From positions 1-56,193 of the IMG/VR virus record IMGVR_UViG_3300033141_000787: a DNA stretch of 56,193 nucleotides. The stretch is one strand, 5' to 3'. Positions within the stretch are counted from its first letter, which is position 1; each line of letters opens with the position of its first letter. Shown here piece after piece: positions 1-10,389 of this stretch. The translations under genes were made by a program, and so were the position numbers. Source of the DNA: a virus (taxonomy: Duplodnaviria; Caudoviricetes). A model generated the notes under the pieces. That model was not told where the DNA came from. It saw only the letters and a list, made by a program, of their open reading frames with translations, and did no database searches.

Positions 1-114
1 GATGCAGTATCATGTACTCAGACCACTAAATCTGTAAGTAGGTGGATTCCTGATACAGACTTGGATACAGAGTATGAATACGTTGTATACGTTGATGATA
101 TTGAGGTAGGACGT
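1..114. repeat. Terminal direct repeat (circular assembly overlap), copy 1
   Basis: 1-114 is identical to 56080-56193 and lies inside a continuous reading frame. Confidence 0.97.
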
Positions 115-3100
115 ATACGAGGCTCTGACGCTACCGAGATATTCCGCCATGACGTAGCTATATATGGCGACCTTACTGTATCTGGTACTGTCAATGGTGA
201 TTCAATAAGTATACCTTACATAGGTTCAGCTACTTATACCGATTTACATGATTGGTGGAATACTATTCAATCAGCAGGCAAACTTACCGATGGTACAATA
301 ACAGACAACGGAGATGGCTCTGTTACTGTTGCGGCCGGTACCGGTATAATCAAAACTACTGATAGCGATGTAGGCGAGAGTAAGTTTTTCAACTGGGCAG
401 AGAACACGAATGTAGCATTGACTGATAACTCAATTAATTACATTTACGTAGAGTACAATTCGGGAAGTCCTCAAATTGCAGTATCGACTTCACTTCCTAC
501 TGACAATAATACAAACATCTTACTTGGTATGGTTTACAGAGAAGGCACAGACTTGCATATTACTACGGCAGGACAGTATATTGCTAACTATGCCAAGAAC
601 GACTTCTGGAAAGATATTGACGTTAATGGTAAGCTGCAGTGGTCGTCTGGCATAAAACCCTCTGAGAGTGGAACACGTTATCTTGCCTTGACGGAAGGTA
701 AAATATATGCAGGCTTGACACCTGTTACTTTTAATGCGTTTAATAGCTCTGCCACGGCAATAACAGGCTACTATTCCGACGGTGGAACTGGCTGGACTTC
801 AACATCTGTTAACCAGATTGATAACCAGTACTATGATGATGGTTCGGGCACACTTGCCTCGTTGACTAATAACAACTACACATGTAGATATATATACATT
901 GATAGTGATAATCATGTGTATATGGTCTATGGCACTTCTGAATATAATAAACTTGGCGATGCAATTGAGGAAGAACCGCCTGAGAGTATTCCCATCTTGT
1001 TATCCTCAATCGGAATGTTAGTTTCTAAGATTATTATAAAAGAAGGACAGACCAACTTTGAGCGGGTATATTCATACTTTGGTATAGATAGACCAGCCGG
1101 AACTGTTATCAATCATGATGAACTTGGTAATATACTTGGCTCTGGTGCTTATCATTTATCTGAAAGTGAGCATACCGAACTTACTGAATGGATGGATGAC
1201 GTTACCCTGTCAGACGGCGGGGAAGTTGACCTTGATAATAATTATATCACCTCTCTCCAGAATACCACAGATGCCGGAGCTGGGATAGTAGGGAATTACT
1301 ATTCGTTTGATGGGGTGGATGATTATGGGCAGATAGCGGATAATGATAATTTGGATATTACCGATGCAATTACGATTTCAGCGTGGGTAAAATTAGGCGA
1401 TATACAATTAGATGAAATAAGTGTTGTTGCTAAAAATAACGCCTATGCAATAGATATAAGAAAAAATGAAAATAAATTAAGGTCATTGGTTAAGACAGAT
1501 GGCACAAATGGATGGAATACTGACCACGATGTAACTGTTAATTGGCAAGCTAATAAATGGTATTATTTAACTTTTACTTATGACGGTAATACGGCAAGAG
1601 ATTATTTAAATGGCGTAGAAATAAATAATTATACCGTTACTGGAAATATTAATGTTAATACTAATAATTTATGGTTAGGTGGTAATGAGGTATATGATTT
1701 TTATCTTAATGGCTCAATCTCTGATGTCCGTATCTATAACACCGCCCTCACCGCAGACGAAGTAAAAGCACTTTATAGTGGTGCTCCTGTTCCTTATAAG
1801 TATGTAGGAGCGAGTCAGACAGAGTTGGTTACTGATGGAGACATGGAGACTAACCCAACAAGTAATTGGATAGCTGCCGGTTCACATACACTTGCAGTAG
1901 AAACTACTATTGTACGTGGAGGTTCACAGTCATTAAAAGTAACAAATGATGGTGCTACTGCTGGGTTGGTGACACAGAGTATATCATACACTCCATTAAA
2001 ATATTACCGGTTGACTGGTTGGGTATATGTCCCGTCTGATTGGGATGGTGGGAATATATATCTAAATCTGAACCCCGATGCAGATATTAAATATACAGTT
2101 AAATTCCAATATCTACAGGGAACGAGTCCCACTGATACTTGGGTTTATATGGAAACAATAGTGGCAACTACCCAGAGCAGTGTATTAAGAGTTAGAACTT
2201 CATCTATTCCGACTGCTGGCAAAATAGTATACCTTGATGATATATCAGTAAAACAAATCGGCTGTGTCCTCAACCTTAACAAATCCAAAACATCAGACAC
2301 ATGGTACGATGAAAGCGGCAACAACTTAGACGCTACCATGCACGGAGCTACCTTAGTAAGTAATAACAAGTATGGTTATTATGAGAGAGGGCTTAAAATT
2401 GGTGGTAATTTACAAGTGGATGGTACTGGTGATAGTTATGTGATGGGGAATTTGGGGATAGGGACGGCGAGCCCAGGGGTAAAATTAGATGTGCAAGGTG
2501 GTGATATTCAAACTTCTGGAGATTTTATAGGAGGGTGGAATATTAAGATGACAGGTTCTGATAGGTATCTTTATTCTTCTACTGATGGAAGTAATTTTAA
2601 TATTCGTACTACGGGAACTGGAAAATTGATGCTTCAACCAACATTAGGAACAGGAGATGTGGACTTTTTTAATGGCAAAGTAGTTATAAAAAATACTGGC
2701 AACGTCGGCATCGGAACGACAAGCCCAGATACTAAACTCCACATAGATGGCGACATCAAGCAAGAAGTCCATACCTCCGATGTCTCCAATCCTCCCACAG
2801 ATGCAGAACTTGACGCTTTATTTACAAGTCCTTCAAGTAAGGGAGCCGGATGGACAGCTTACGTAAAAGACTCAGATACCGACAGTATGTATCAGATTAC
2901 CTCAGACGGTACTAACTGGCAGATAGTAGCTATGACACCAGCAGATACAGCAAGTAGTTCATCTACGGCACTATCAAACGTAGCATTTGCTGAAGGCAAC
3001 TATTTCCCATCTAACATGGTCTTAATACGTAATGAGGAAATGGATAATACCTTAGATACTGCAACAGGTACTGAAATTACTGTAAGCAGTATAGATACAG

Positions 3101-4359
3101 CAAATGATACTATAACACTTAGTTGGCTACCATATATACCAAGTATATGGAGCCCTGGCACTGGTGCAAAGTGGGGTCTTATTAACTTAGAGAATACTAC
3201 AGGAAGTGCAGACCCAGCTATTGATGGTGATTATGATGAAATATTTATAATAGATAGTGGTACTTATTCTACCAAAACACTCAACTATACAGTAGCTAAC
3301 GGAGCAGACACTAACTGGTCAGTAGGGGATAAGGTAGCCTTATATAATCCATACCGCTCTAATATAGAGTTTTATGATGGTAACCCAGTATTCTTGAATG
3401 GTTCTGGTATATACTCAGTATATGCTAATCCTGGTGATGGCTTCTACCATAGTGATGGCTCTTATGTGCTTCTTGTTAATGGTTCTACAGGCACTAACGT
3501 AGGGGAAGTTGGAGCATACAAATCAGATGGTGTTGATTGGTTTACTTGGACACAGGTAAATAGTGGTGCAGCCATATTTAATAAAAGTGGCACTGCATCT
3601 GACTGGCGTGAAGATAAACTGGTAAATGCTCAAGTAATTAAACTCCCAACCGAAAACAGGTATATAGGCTATTTTTCAGGATATAGTAGCACTGATAGTA
3701 AATGGCGTATAGGCTATATTAAGTTTGATGAAGACTTTACATCTGATAGTATAGAATACTCAAGCAGTGAGATTATTGATAGTTCAGCAAGCTCAAACGG
3801 CTTACAGCTTGGCTCAGTAATCTATTATGGCGGTAAGTGGCGTATGATGTATATAGATAGAGTAGGTGGTACTGTTACTGATTGGATGGTAAAAGAAGCA
3901 TTCTCAGATACCCCTGAAGGCCCATTCGCATATTCAAGCACCATTGTTACCGGAGGTAGTACTAACGATGGTATATACTACTCATCACACTCAGACGGAA
4001 CGTATTACTTTATATGGAAGGGCAGACTATATGCTTGGATAGCTGGAACTTCTCGATACTTGGCATCAGGTACAAGAGCTGATAGAATATGGGGATTATG
4101 GTATCTTGATGAATTGAGCGGTACTGATACATGGGTAGAGATAAAATACAATCCGGTATTCATTAACCCAATTCAAGGTAATCATACTTGGGCTGGTGTT
4201 GATGACTGGATGTCAGACCACATGGGTCGTCAGCTCTCTATGGCAGTAAACAACTATGATGGTAAATTATATATATTCTTTAACGCAGGTAGTGGTACTG
4301 ATACATACCAGGGAGGTATAGCCACAATGGATTTACCTGCATTACTTGAAAACTATTAA
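1..4359 (+). CDS. Multidomain tail fibre/spike (LamG, CBM-like domain, fibre repeats, C-terminal glycoside hydrolase-like beta-propeller); true start at 55981 across the junction, about 1485 aa
   Basis: LamG motifs FDGVDDY...ISAWVK...ISDVRIYNTALTADEV; CBM-like GDME...SLKV...YLDDISVKQ; GNLGIGTASP/GNVGIGTTSP repeats; propeller-like WRIGY, SDTPEGPF, NPVF. Frame is open from ATG 55981. Confidence 0.8.
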   Translation, partial: DAVSCTQTTKSVSRWIPDTDLDTEYEYVVYVDDIEVGRIRGSDATEIFRHDVAIYGDLTVSGTVNGDSISIPYIGSATYTDLHDWWNTIQSAGKLTDGTITDNGDGSVTVAAGTGIIKTTDSDVGESKFFNWAENTNVALTDNSINYIYVEYNSGSPQIAVSTSLPTDNNTNILLGMVYREGTDLHITTAGQYIANYAKNDFWKDIDVNGKLQWSSGIKPSESGTRYLALTEGKIYAGLTPVTFNAFNSSATAITGYYSDGGTGWTSTSVNQIDNQYYDDGSGTLASLTNNNYTCRYIYIDSDNHVYMVYGTSEYNKLGDAIEEEPPESIPILLSSIGMLVSKIIIKEGQTNFERVYSYFGIDRPAGTVINHDELGNILGSGAYHLSESEHTELTEWMDDVTLSDGGEVDLDNNYITSLQNTTDAGAGIVGNYYSFDGVDDYGQIADNDNLDITDAITISAWVKLGDIQLDEISVVAKNNAYAIDIRKNENKLRSLVKTDGTNGWNTDHDVTVNWQANKWYYLTFTYDGNTARDYLNGVEINNYTVTGNINVNTNNLWLGGNEVYDFYLNGSISDVRIYNTALTADEVKALYSGAPVPYKYVGASQTELVTDGDMETNPTSNWIAAGSHTLAVETTIVRGGSQSLKVTNDGATAGLVTQSISYTPLKYYRLTGWVYVPSDWDGGNIYLNLNPDADIKYTVKFQYLQGTSPTDTWVYMETIVATTQSSVLRVRTSSIPTAGKIVYLDDISVKQIGCVLNLNKSKTSDTWYDESGNNLDATMHGATLVSNNKYGYYERGLKIGGNLQVDGTGDSYVMGNLGIGTASPGVKLDVQGGDIQTSGDFIGGWNIKMTGSDRYLYSSTDGSNFNIRTTGTGKLMLQPTLGTGDVDFFNGKVVIKNTGNVGIGTTSPDTKLHIDGDIKQEVHTSDVSNPPTDAELDALFTSPSSKGAGWTAYVKDSDTDSMYQITSDGTNWQIVAMTPADTASSSSTALSNVAFAEGNYFPSNMVLIRNEEMDNTLDTATGTEITVSSIDTANDTITLSWLPYIPSIWSPGTGAKWGLINLENTTGSADPAIDGDYDEIFIIDSGTYSTKTLNYTVANGADTNWSVGDKVALYNPYRSNIEFYDGNPVFLNGSGIYSVYANPGDGFYHSDGSYVLLVNGSTGTNVGEVGAYKSDGVDWFTWTQVNSGAAIFNKSGTASDWREDKLVNAQVIKLPTENRYIGYFSGYSSTDSKWRIGYIKFDEDFTSDSIEYSSSEIIDSSASSNGLQLGSVIYYGGKWRMMYIDRVGGTVTDWMVKEAFSDTPEGPFAYSSTIVTGGSTNDGIYYSSHSDGTYYFIWKGRLYAWIAGTSRYLASGTRADRIWGLWYLDELSGTDTWVEIKYNPVFINPIQGNHTWAGVDDWMSDHMGRQLSMAVNNYDGKLYIFFNAGSGTDTYQGGIATMDLPALLENY

Positions 4360-4374
4360 AAGGAGGACAGGAAC

Positions 4375-4605
4375 ATGAAAGACATCAAAGGTAAAATTGA
4401 GAGAAGACTTGAGTATTTAAAGAAACGTAGAGAAGAATTACCTGGTTTAGTACAGGAGCTTGAAGGTCAGATTGTACAACTTCGTACAGAGTATCTTGTT
4501 GTAACTTCTCAGCTCGAAGAACTTACAAAGCTGATAGAAGTGGATACTACTCCTGACAAGCCAGAGCCTGAGAAAGCAACAGATAATAAGAAGGAAGACA
4601 AATAA
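4375..4605 (+). CDS. Small coiled-coil protein, possible fibre chaperone
   Basis: AGGAGG RBS, heptad pattern, directly after the fibre gene. Confidence 0.5.
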   Translation: MKDIKGKIERRLEYLKKRREELPGLVQELEGQIVQLRTEYLVVTSQLEELTKLIEVDTTPDKPEPEKATDNKKEDK

Positions 4606-5264
4606 TGTCATTTACAGTAGATAACATATTAGAGCGTGTAAACAGTAATGAAGTAGGTAAGGTCATTGCCTACATTAGAGACTTCTATATGGAGGCTGCT
4701 AAACGTAAAGCATTAAAACCTGCTGTAGTCAAAAAGGACATCACAACTAACGTAATACGTTATGAGCTTCCAAATGATGCTGTAATAAGTAAAGTATCTA
4801 CGCTGTATGAATCTAATAGCTCTGAGCTTCTTAATAGTGATGACCAGACTATAGAGACGACAACTAACTGGACTAATACAGACTTTGCAAGTTTCTCAGT
4901 AGCGTCAGGAACTCTTGATGTAACAGCAGATACCGCCAATCAGTCTTGCTATTTAGATGATGACGGTATTACATCAGGCTTGCAATATAATCTCAGATAC
5001 GACGTTACTATAAGCTCAGGTACATTCAGGTTGCTTACTTATGATAACGACTATATATTAGGTACATTTGACTCTGGTACTAACAAGGTAATGACGTTTG
5101 TAGCACCTGAAAGCAGTAAGCTCAAAATAGTATGTGTCTCTGATACAGGCACTGCTTCATTTGATAACTTTAGTTTAAAACAGGCTGCTCTTGATAAGTA
5201 TAAATCTATCGGCTACCTTAAAGGTGATATGCCTGCTGATTATTTTGATGATGAGGAGTATTAA
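4605..5264 (+). CDS. Virion structural protein (adaptor-like) with an inserted CBM-like domain
   Basis: Structural operon; central beta-rich segment ending FDNFSLKQ resembles the CBM-like domain of the fibre. Confidence 0.5.
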   Translation: MSFTVDNILERVNSNEVGKVIAYIRDFYMEAAKRKALKPAVVKKDITTNVIRYELPNDAVISKVSTLYESNSSELLNSDDQTIETTTNWTNTDFASFSVASGTLDVTADTANQSCYLDDDGITSGLQYNLRYDVTISSGTFRLLTYDNDYILGTFDSGTNKVMTFVAPESSKLKIVCVSDTGTASFDNFSLKQAALDKYKSIGYLKGDMPADYFDDEEY

Positions 5265-5266
5265 TT

Positions 5267-5656
5267 ATGTCTACAACTTATGATTACTCATTCGCATATT
5301 ATGTTAAAGGTAACTATCTGTATTTATTTGAACTTAATGAGTCAATGGAATATGTACCACCTACAGTAGACATTACAGATGGGCTTAAAATAGAGTACAC
5401 TTCAGCCGAGAACGCATTTGTAGATAGCTCAGGAAATGTTGTAACTTCACCTGATGAAGACAGTTACATTAACATAAGTGATGTATATAAAGAGGCTCTA
5501 ATATATTATGTTAAGGCTAAACTTGCTGAGGATACTGATATAAAACTCAAGGAGTATTATGAGCGAGAATTTAATACTAAGTTTGCTCAAGCCAAACATG
5601 CTCAAAATCCATCTCCAAGACAAAGTATACCAGTATACCCTTATGCAATAAGATGA
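5267..5656 (+). CDS. Putative head-tail adaptor/structural protein
   Basis: GAGGAG RBS; helical C-terminus EALIYYVKAKLAED...EYYEREF resembles adaptor proteins. Confidence 0.5.
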   Translation: MSTTYDYSFAYYVKGNYLYLFELNESMEYVPPTVDITDGLKIEYTSAENAFVDSSGNVVTSPDEDSYINISDVYKEALIYYVKAKLAEDTDIKLKEYYEREFNTKFAQAKHAQNPSPRQSIPVYPYAIR

Positions 5657-5669
5657 GGAGGTTTATAGT

Positions 5670-5975
5670 ATGAAGTTATGGACTGAAAAGAGTCATACCG
5701 GAGACGTCACACACGCTGCCGAAGGTCATGCAAGGCACGTAGTGTTCACAGCTACTTTTTATAGCGATACTGCTTCAATATGCTATATCCAGGATGGTAC
5801 AAACGAGGTTTGGAGAACTATGCTTGAGGCAGGTAAACCATTTCATGTAACATTTAATGGTGGTGCAATGAGGTCATCACCAGGTAACTACATCAGGGCT
5901 TACGTAGAGACTGGTACTACTAAGTATGTAGCTTTGACTGGGGGCTCATACGGGAGTTCTGAAGGAACTGTATAA
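5670..5975 (+). CDS. Hypothetical beta-rich structural protein
   Basis: GGAGG RBS; operon context. Confidence 0.55.
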   Translation: MKLWTEKSHTGDVTHAAEGHARHVVFTATFYSDTASICYIQDGTNEVWRTMLEAGKPFHVTFNGGAMRSSPGNYIRAYVETGTTKYVALTGGSYGSSEGTV

Positions 5976-5993
5976 TACTATAGGAGGTTAATT

Positions 5994-6203
5994 ATGGCTT
6001 GGAAAGAGGCTGCTAACTTGATAGCTGCACCGGTTGTGGCTGCTGCACTTGGTATCTATCACAAATATATTGTACTACCTACACAGAATAAGGTATCACG
6101 GCTTACTGAAGATATAGGTAGCCTCAAGCAGGATTTAGTTGAAGTTAAAACAGATATTAAATGGATAGTCAGAGCTATGAAAAGTAATGGCTACAAGGAG
6201 TAA
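5994..6203 (+). CDS. Holin/antiholin-like membrane protein (one TM plus coiled coil)
   Basis: Hydrophobic N-terminus followed by a coiled coil ending VKTDIKWI. Confidence 0.5.
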   Translation: MAWKEAANLIAAPVVAAALGIYHKYIVLPTQNKVSRLTEDIGSLKQDLVEVKTDIKWIVRAMKSNGYKE

Positions 6204-6393
6204 AACAATGAAGATAGTAGGAACACGTAAACTTATTATGTGTATACTTGGTCTTATAGTGTTTCTGGTAGTTGCACTTCACAATGCTAATGTTAATTAC
6301 TTTGCCCTCGGCAGTGGAATTTTAATGGTTATAGGCCCTGCCGTTATAGCTAACTTTGGTGAGTACTTAACTAAATGGAAGAGCCAGCTATGA
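6187..6393 (+). CDS. Putative two-TM holin (start possibly 6208)
   Basis: RK-led first TM, second TM, short basic tail. Confidence 0.55.
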   Translation: MATRSKTMKIVGTRKLIMCILGLIVFLVVALHNANVNYFALGSGILMVIGPAVIANFGEYLTKWKSQL

Positions 6394-6758
6394 AATATAC
6401 AATAACTATATTGATTATAGGCATTTTGTTAGGCTTTATACTTGCTGAATACTTGTTACAGCCTGAACCTATTATAGCCTCTAAACCTGTTATTATTAAT
6501 AGGGTTACAGCACGTGTAGATACTATTTATAAGGTTATATACAAGGATAGGCCAATTATAGTAGCTTCAGCAGATACTATGTTAGGTAAGTGGGGCTTAC
6601 TACACGCTAAGTATTACTTCCCGCCTAACAACTATTTTGATTTTAAGTTTGAGCCTAATCGTAATATATTTAAACCAAGGTGGTATCAGACAAGGACATT
6701 TGGATTTGTGGCCGGAGTGGCTACAAGTGCTTTAATTATAGGACTTACAAGAAAATGA
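6390..6758 (+). CDS. Membrane protein, spanin-like
   Basis: N-terminal TM, DTIYK-type linker, C-terminal KPRWY plus hydrophobic segment; follows holin-like genes. Confidence 0.45.
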   Translation: MKYTITILIIGILLGFILAEYLLQPEPIIASKPVIINRVTARVDTIYKVIYKDRPIIVASADTMLGKWGLLHAKYYFPPNNYFDFKFEPNRNIFKPRWYQTRTFGFVAGVATSALIIGLTRK

Positions 6759-6821
6759 TTGACGCTGTGCTACATTGTTCCCTCTGCATTTGTGCTCTCT
6801 GTTTGCTCTCCTGTCTCCTCC

Positions 6822-6856
6822 AGCGTGCCGGCTGGGCTTTACTCGGTCGGCACGTT
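6822..6856 (+). terminator. GC-rich hairpin (terminator/attenuator) after the lysis genes
   Basis: CGTGCCGGCTGGG-ctttA-CTCGGTCGGCACG stem; no clean U-tract. Confidence 0.5.
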
Positions 6857-6875
6857 CCCTCCATAATGAGAGGAG

Positions 6876-9509
6876 GTGGCTATGCCTAAAGCAGTATTTA
6901 CATATAACGATTTCAGCGGAGGTAGATGTACAGGACTTGACAGTACAAAACTACCACGCAATTATATCAGTGATTCTTATAACGTTATAGTAAACAATAC
7001 AGGTAGAATAGAGAGTATTAAAAGATTTAATAATAGTGCATACTGGGATGACTTAGATATGTCATATACCATTGACAGCTATGACAAAATATATCTATAC
7101 AATGCTCCATTTAAGTTTAGCTATCTCACTACCGGAGATATTACTGATAGTAGTGGTACTGCCTTAGTTACTACACCAACTGCTCACGGACTGTCAACAG
7201 GTGATACAGTAATTCATACTGGGTTTAGTGAACTATCATATAATGGTATTTTCACAGTAACTAAAATATCTAATACCACTTACACATTTGGGGTATCCTA
7301 CGTAATAACCGATTCGGGCGTACTACGTACAATAGTTGATACCACCTCTGATGTCCCAATGCTTGTAACTACTGTAGCCAATAGTAACGGCTATATTAGT
7401 ATATATCAGCTTGATAATACAAGCGGTGTGATGGAGGATATAACATACTTGTACAGCGGAGACGGTATAGTAACTATGTATAATGGTGATAACCATTTAT
7501 ATATATCTTACTTTGATTCTTCCGATACAGCAAATAATATTAGAAAACGCATATCAAGAGTAAATCATACAATATGCAGTACAGACACTATAGATACAGT
7601 AGATATTAGTAGTGTTACATATAGTGCCCCTACTAACTCTTTAATGGGTGAGATACCTAATAGCTGGAGTACTGCTTTCTGTATAAATAATGTAGATACG
7701 ACTAATAGTACTCAAACAGAATTATACTCAGCTGATATGGATGACTATAACATTGGTGGCTTTCCTACCGAAACTTACTATTTGTATTACTATAATGGAT
7801 TCGAACCTTCGACTGGTATATATAGTATAATTAGCCAGACGTATGATAGTGGTGCTGGGGAATACTATATAACAACTGATACCCGTGTTGGTAGTACGAT
7901 AAGCACGAGTGATAGATGGTTTGTATATCCTCCGGCGGGTAAGGGTATAGGTGTCTATATGCACCCTGTAGATACCGTGGGTGGCAAAGCAGGTACTTGG
8001 GATATAGGAGACTATGAAGTAGCTACGAGCTTCATATATATTGATGGTGCAGAATCCGAGCCTGTAAAAGTAGACGGCACTAATAAAACTACACTAAGTG
8101 GTAGTAACTCCGTAATGTCTGTAGCAATAGTCCTGACTTTACCATTCCCAAGTACTATAATTGGTAGTAGGGTATACTATAGGACTTACGGTAGCTCAGA
8201 AGAATGGAAATTACTGATTGATATAGACTTTACTAAAGGTTACAGATTAAGTACAAACACGGACTATTTAGGTACGTGGACGGTACAAGGTACACATAGT
8301 GGTTGTACCCTTATGAAATTATATGGAGGAATCACTGATTATCAGCATATAGCGGTATATAATCCAAGTGCCGAAACTTATAGAAGTATTAACGGTTATA
8401 GAGCTGACGAAGGTAGTGTAGAATTAGTCCCTAAATGTGTTGCAGTAGGGGGTAACAGAGCTTGGTTTGGAGCACCTACTATAAAAGACGTTGATGATAA
8501 TACCACCTATCATAATAGTAGAGTTTATTACAGTCCTATAGGTAAATACGGTGTTACCCCAACTTCCTATTATGTAGATATTATGCCTACAGATGGTAAG
8601 GAAGTAACAGCAATACTGTACTATGAGGGTAAGCTATTTATATTTAAGGGCACACTTGTATACATAGTAGACGTATCATCAGGGAACCCTCTAACATGGT
8701 ATGTACAATCTCATTTTGATTGTGGTGGTGATGACTCTATAACTGATAATAATATAACAATAACTGATTATGGGCCTGTTTGGGTATGCTCTACAGGATG
8801 CTATATATATAATAGCAATGATGGTACTATTAACAACCTTGTATATAGAGCTATTAATGGTATAGATGTAATGACTCAGAACGATTGGGGTTCATACGTA
8901 TCAGCTCCTAATAGCAGGGTTGGATATAATAAGTACTATAAGGAACTAATAGTTATAGGGAATTATGACTTTACCTTAAACACTGATAGAACATATATAC
9001 TTGATATGTCAAGTATGGCATGGGCTATTGGTGATGCTACTGGAGAATCAGCAATTAAGTATACTAACATGATAAACTACAATCAGCATCTATTTACTAT
9101 AGGTCAGTCTGGCTCTTCAAAACCAGAAGTAATGTACTGGGGTATCAATAGTTTAAGTAGTTCTAATTCTATGACTATATATACTAAGATGGAAGACTTT
9201 GACCTTCCAGATAAAGCAAAATACATATACTCGGTACGGTTAAAACATGGTAGTACAGCTTCTATAAATATCAGTGTATCTTATAAACGCATAAATACAG
9301 ACGGTACTGAAGATTCTTCTTATACAGCCATTAGTACAGAAGCTATAAGTGCCGATGGTTATACAATATATACATTAAGCACACCAATAGTGTGCCAAGC
9401 TATACAATTCAAGGTATCTATAGAAAGTGTTATACCATCAACCTATGATTATCACTTAGATGAAATAGGTGTGGAGTATAGAGCGATTTATAAATCAATT
9501 CCAACGTAA
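6876..9509 (+). CDS. Tail nozzle/stabilisation-like protein (start probably ATG 6882)
   Basis: N-terminal NDFSGG motif, propeller-like C-half (SRVYYSPIG), located between adaptors and internal proteins. Confidence 0.6.
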   Translation: MAMPKAVFTYNDFSGGRCTGLDSTKLPRNYISDSYNVIVNNTGRIESIKRFNNSAYWDDLDMSYTIDSYDKIYLYNAPFKFSYLTTGDITDSSGTALVTTPTAHGLSTGDTVIHTGFSELSYNGIFTVTKISNTTYTFGVSYVITDSGVLRTIVDTTSDVPMLVTTVANSNGYISIYQLDNTSGVMEDITYLYSGDGIVTMYNGDNHLYISYFDSSDTANNIRKRISRVNHTICSTDTIDTVDISSVTYSAPTNSLMGEIPNSWSTAFCINNVDTTNSTQTELYSADMDDYNIGGFPTETYYLYYYNGFEPSTGIYSIISQTYDSGAGEYYITTDTRVGSTISTSDRWFVYPPAGKGIGVYMHPVDTVGGKAGTWDIGDYEVATSFIYIDGAESEPVKVDGTNKTTLSGSNSVMSVAIVLTLPFPSTIIGSRVYYRTYGSSEEWKLLIDIDFTKGYRLSTNTDYLGTWTVQGTHSGCTLMKLYGGITDYQHIAVYNPSAETYRSINGYRADEGSVELVPKCVAVGGNRAWFGAPTIKDVDDNTTYHNSRVYYSPIGKYGVTPTSYYVDIMPTDGKEVTAILYYEGKLFIFKGTLVYIVDVSSGNPLTWYVQSHFDCGGDDSITDNNITITDYGPVWVCSTGCYIYNSNDGTINNLVYRAINGIDVMTQNDWGSYVSAPNSRVGYNKYYKELIVIGNYDFTLNTDRTYILDMSSMAWAIGDATGESAIKYTNMINYNQHLFTIGQSGSSKPEVMYWGINSLSSSNSMTIYTKMEDFDLPDKAKYIYSVRLKHGSTASINISVSYKRINTDGTEDSSYTAISTEAISADGYTIYTLSTPIVCQAIQFKVSIESVIPSTYDYHLDEIGVEYRAIYKSIPT

Positions 9510-9518
9510 GAGGTCACT

Positions 9519-9734
9519 ATGGGGGCTACACTTAATGTTACAAAAAGGGAGTTAGAGGCTGTTAAAAAACAGCTTACTATAACTAAACAAGATAGGATAA
9601 CTACTACTACAAGTATACCGACTGTAAGTAATATCGGCGACGACGAACTTAAATTTGTATTAGAGGGGGGTGTACTGTACTTGTACAGGAAGGTCAATGG
9701 TGAGCTGTATAGAGTAGAATTTACAAAGGTATGA
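9519..9734 (+). CDS. Small structural protein
   Basis: GAGG RBS; LYLYRKVNGELY beta motif. Confidence 0.55.
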   Translation: MGATLNVTKRELEAVKKQLTITKQDRITTTTSIPTVSNIGDDELKFVLEGGVLYLYRKVNGELYRVEFTKV

Positions 9735-9757
9735 TAATGAAGATATTAAATTTATAT

Positions 9758-9786
9758 TTGACAATGTTACATTGTATTTGTATACT
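9758..9786 (+). promoter_or_regulatory. sigma70-type promoter for the internal virion protein genes
   Basis: TTGACA-17 bp-TATACT in an intergenic gap. Confidence 0.75.
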
Positions 9787-9822
9787 AAAGATAGAGGAAT
9801 ACTATTATATAAGGAGGTTATT

Positions 9823-10377
9823 GTGGCTACAGCATCAGCGTATAACAGGTTAAGTACTGCGTATGCTAAGTATGCAGGTGTTAAACGTAGTACTATGTCA
9901 TTAAGTTCTCGTATAGCCGAGATAAGGCGTAAAATCAAAGAGGACGAGGAGCGGTTTAAAGAACGCCAATTGTTCTTAAAGGCTGCTTATAATGTGGCTA
10001 CTATGGCAAGTGAACGTGCCCAGCGTAGTGCTGATTATGCTGCTGGAACAAAGGCATTAGGTATAGATACTAAACTTAGTCTTACAGATAGATTAGGTAT
10101 AACATCTGCTGTACCTAAAGGGCCTACTATAGGAGATATAACTCAATATGGTGATGTAATAACACCTCCAACAGAACCTCAAGTTACCAGGACAATACAA
10201 GATGAGTTTATGAAACCGAGCCCAGTACCGTCAAGTATGAGATATGCTACAATACCTACATATAGTACAAGTCTCGCTGTTCAGCTTGGGGCATCTAAAC
10301 GTACTGGAGGATTATTAAGTGATATACTTGAAGAACAGTTAAGAAGAACAAGTAAGCCTATAAGTGGTTTACAGTAA
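9823..10377 (+). CDS. Putative internal virion (ejected) protein
   Basis: GTG start after AAGGAGG; the ORF-track start at 9772 lies inside the promoter. Confidence 0.5.
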   Translation: MATASAYNRLSTAYAKYAGVKRSTMSLSSRIAEIRRKIKEDEERFKERQLFLKAAYNVATMASERAQRSADYAAGTKALGIDTKLSLTDRLGITSAVPKGPTIGDITQYGDVITPPTEPQVTRTIQDEFMKPSPVPSSMRYATIPTYSTSLAVQLGASKRTGGLLSDILEEQLRRTSKPISGLQ

Positions 10378-10389
10378 GGAGTGGTTAAT

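Noticed and set aside
1-114. Terminal repeat as a biological DTR
   Set aside because: It falls inside the fibre gene, which fits an assembler overlap.
6775-6990. ORFs 6680-6889 and 6775-6990
   Set aside because: They overlap real genes and read through a low-complexity tract and hairpin.
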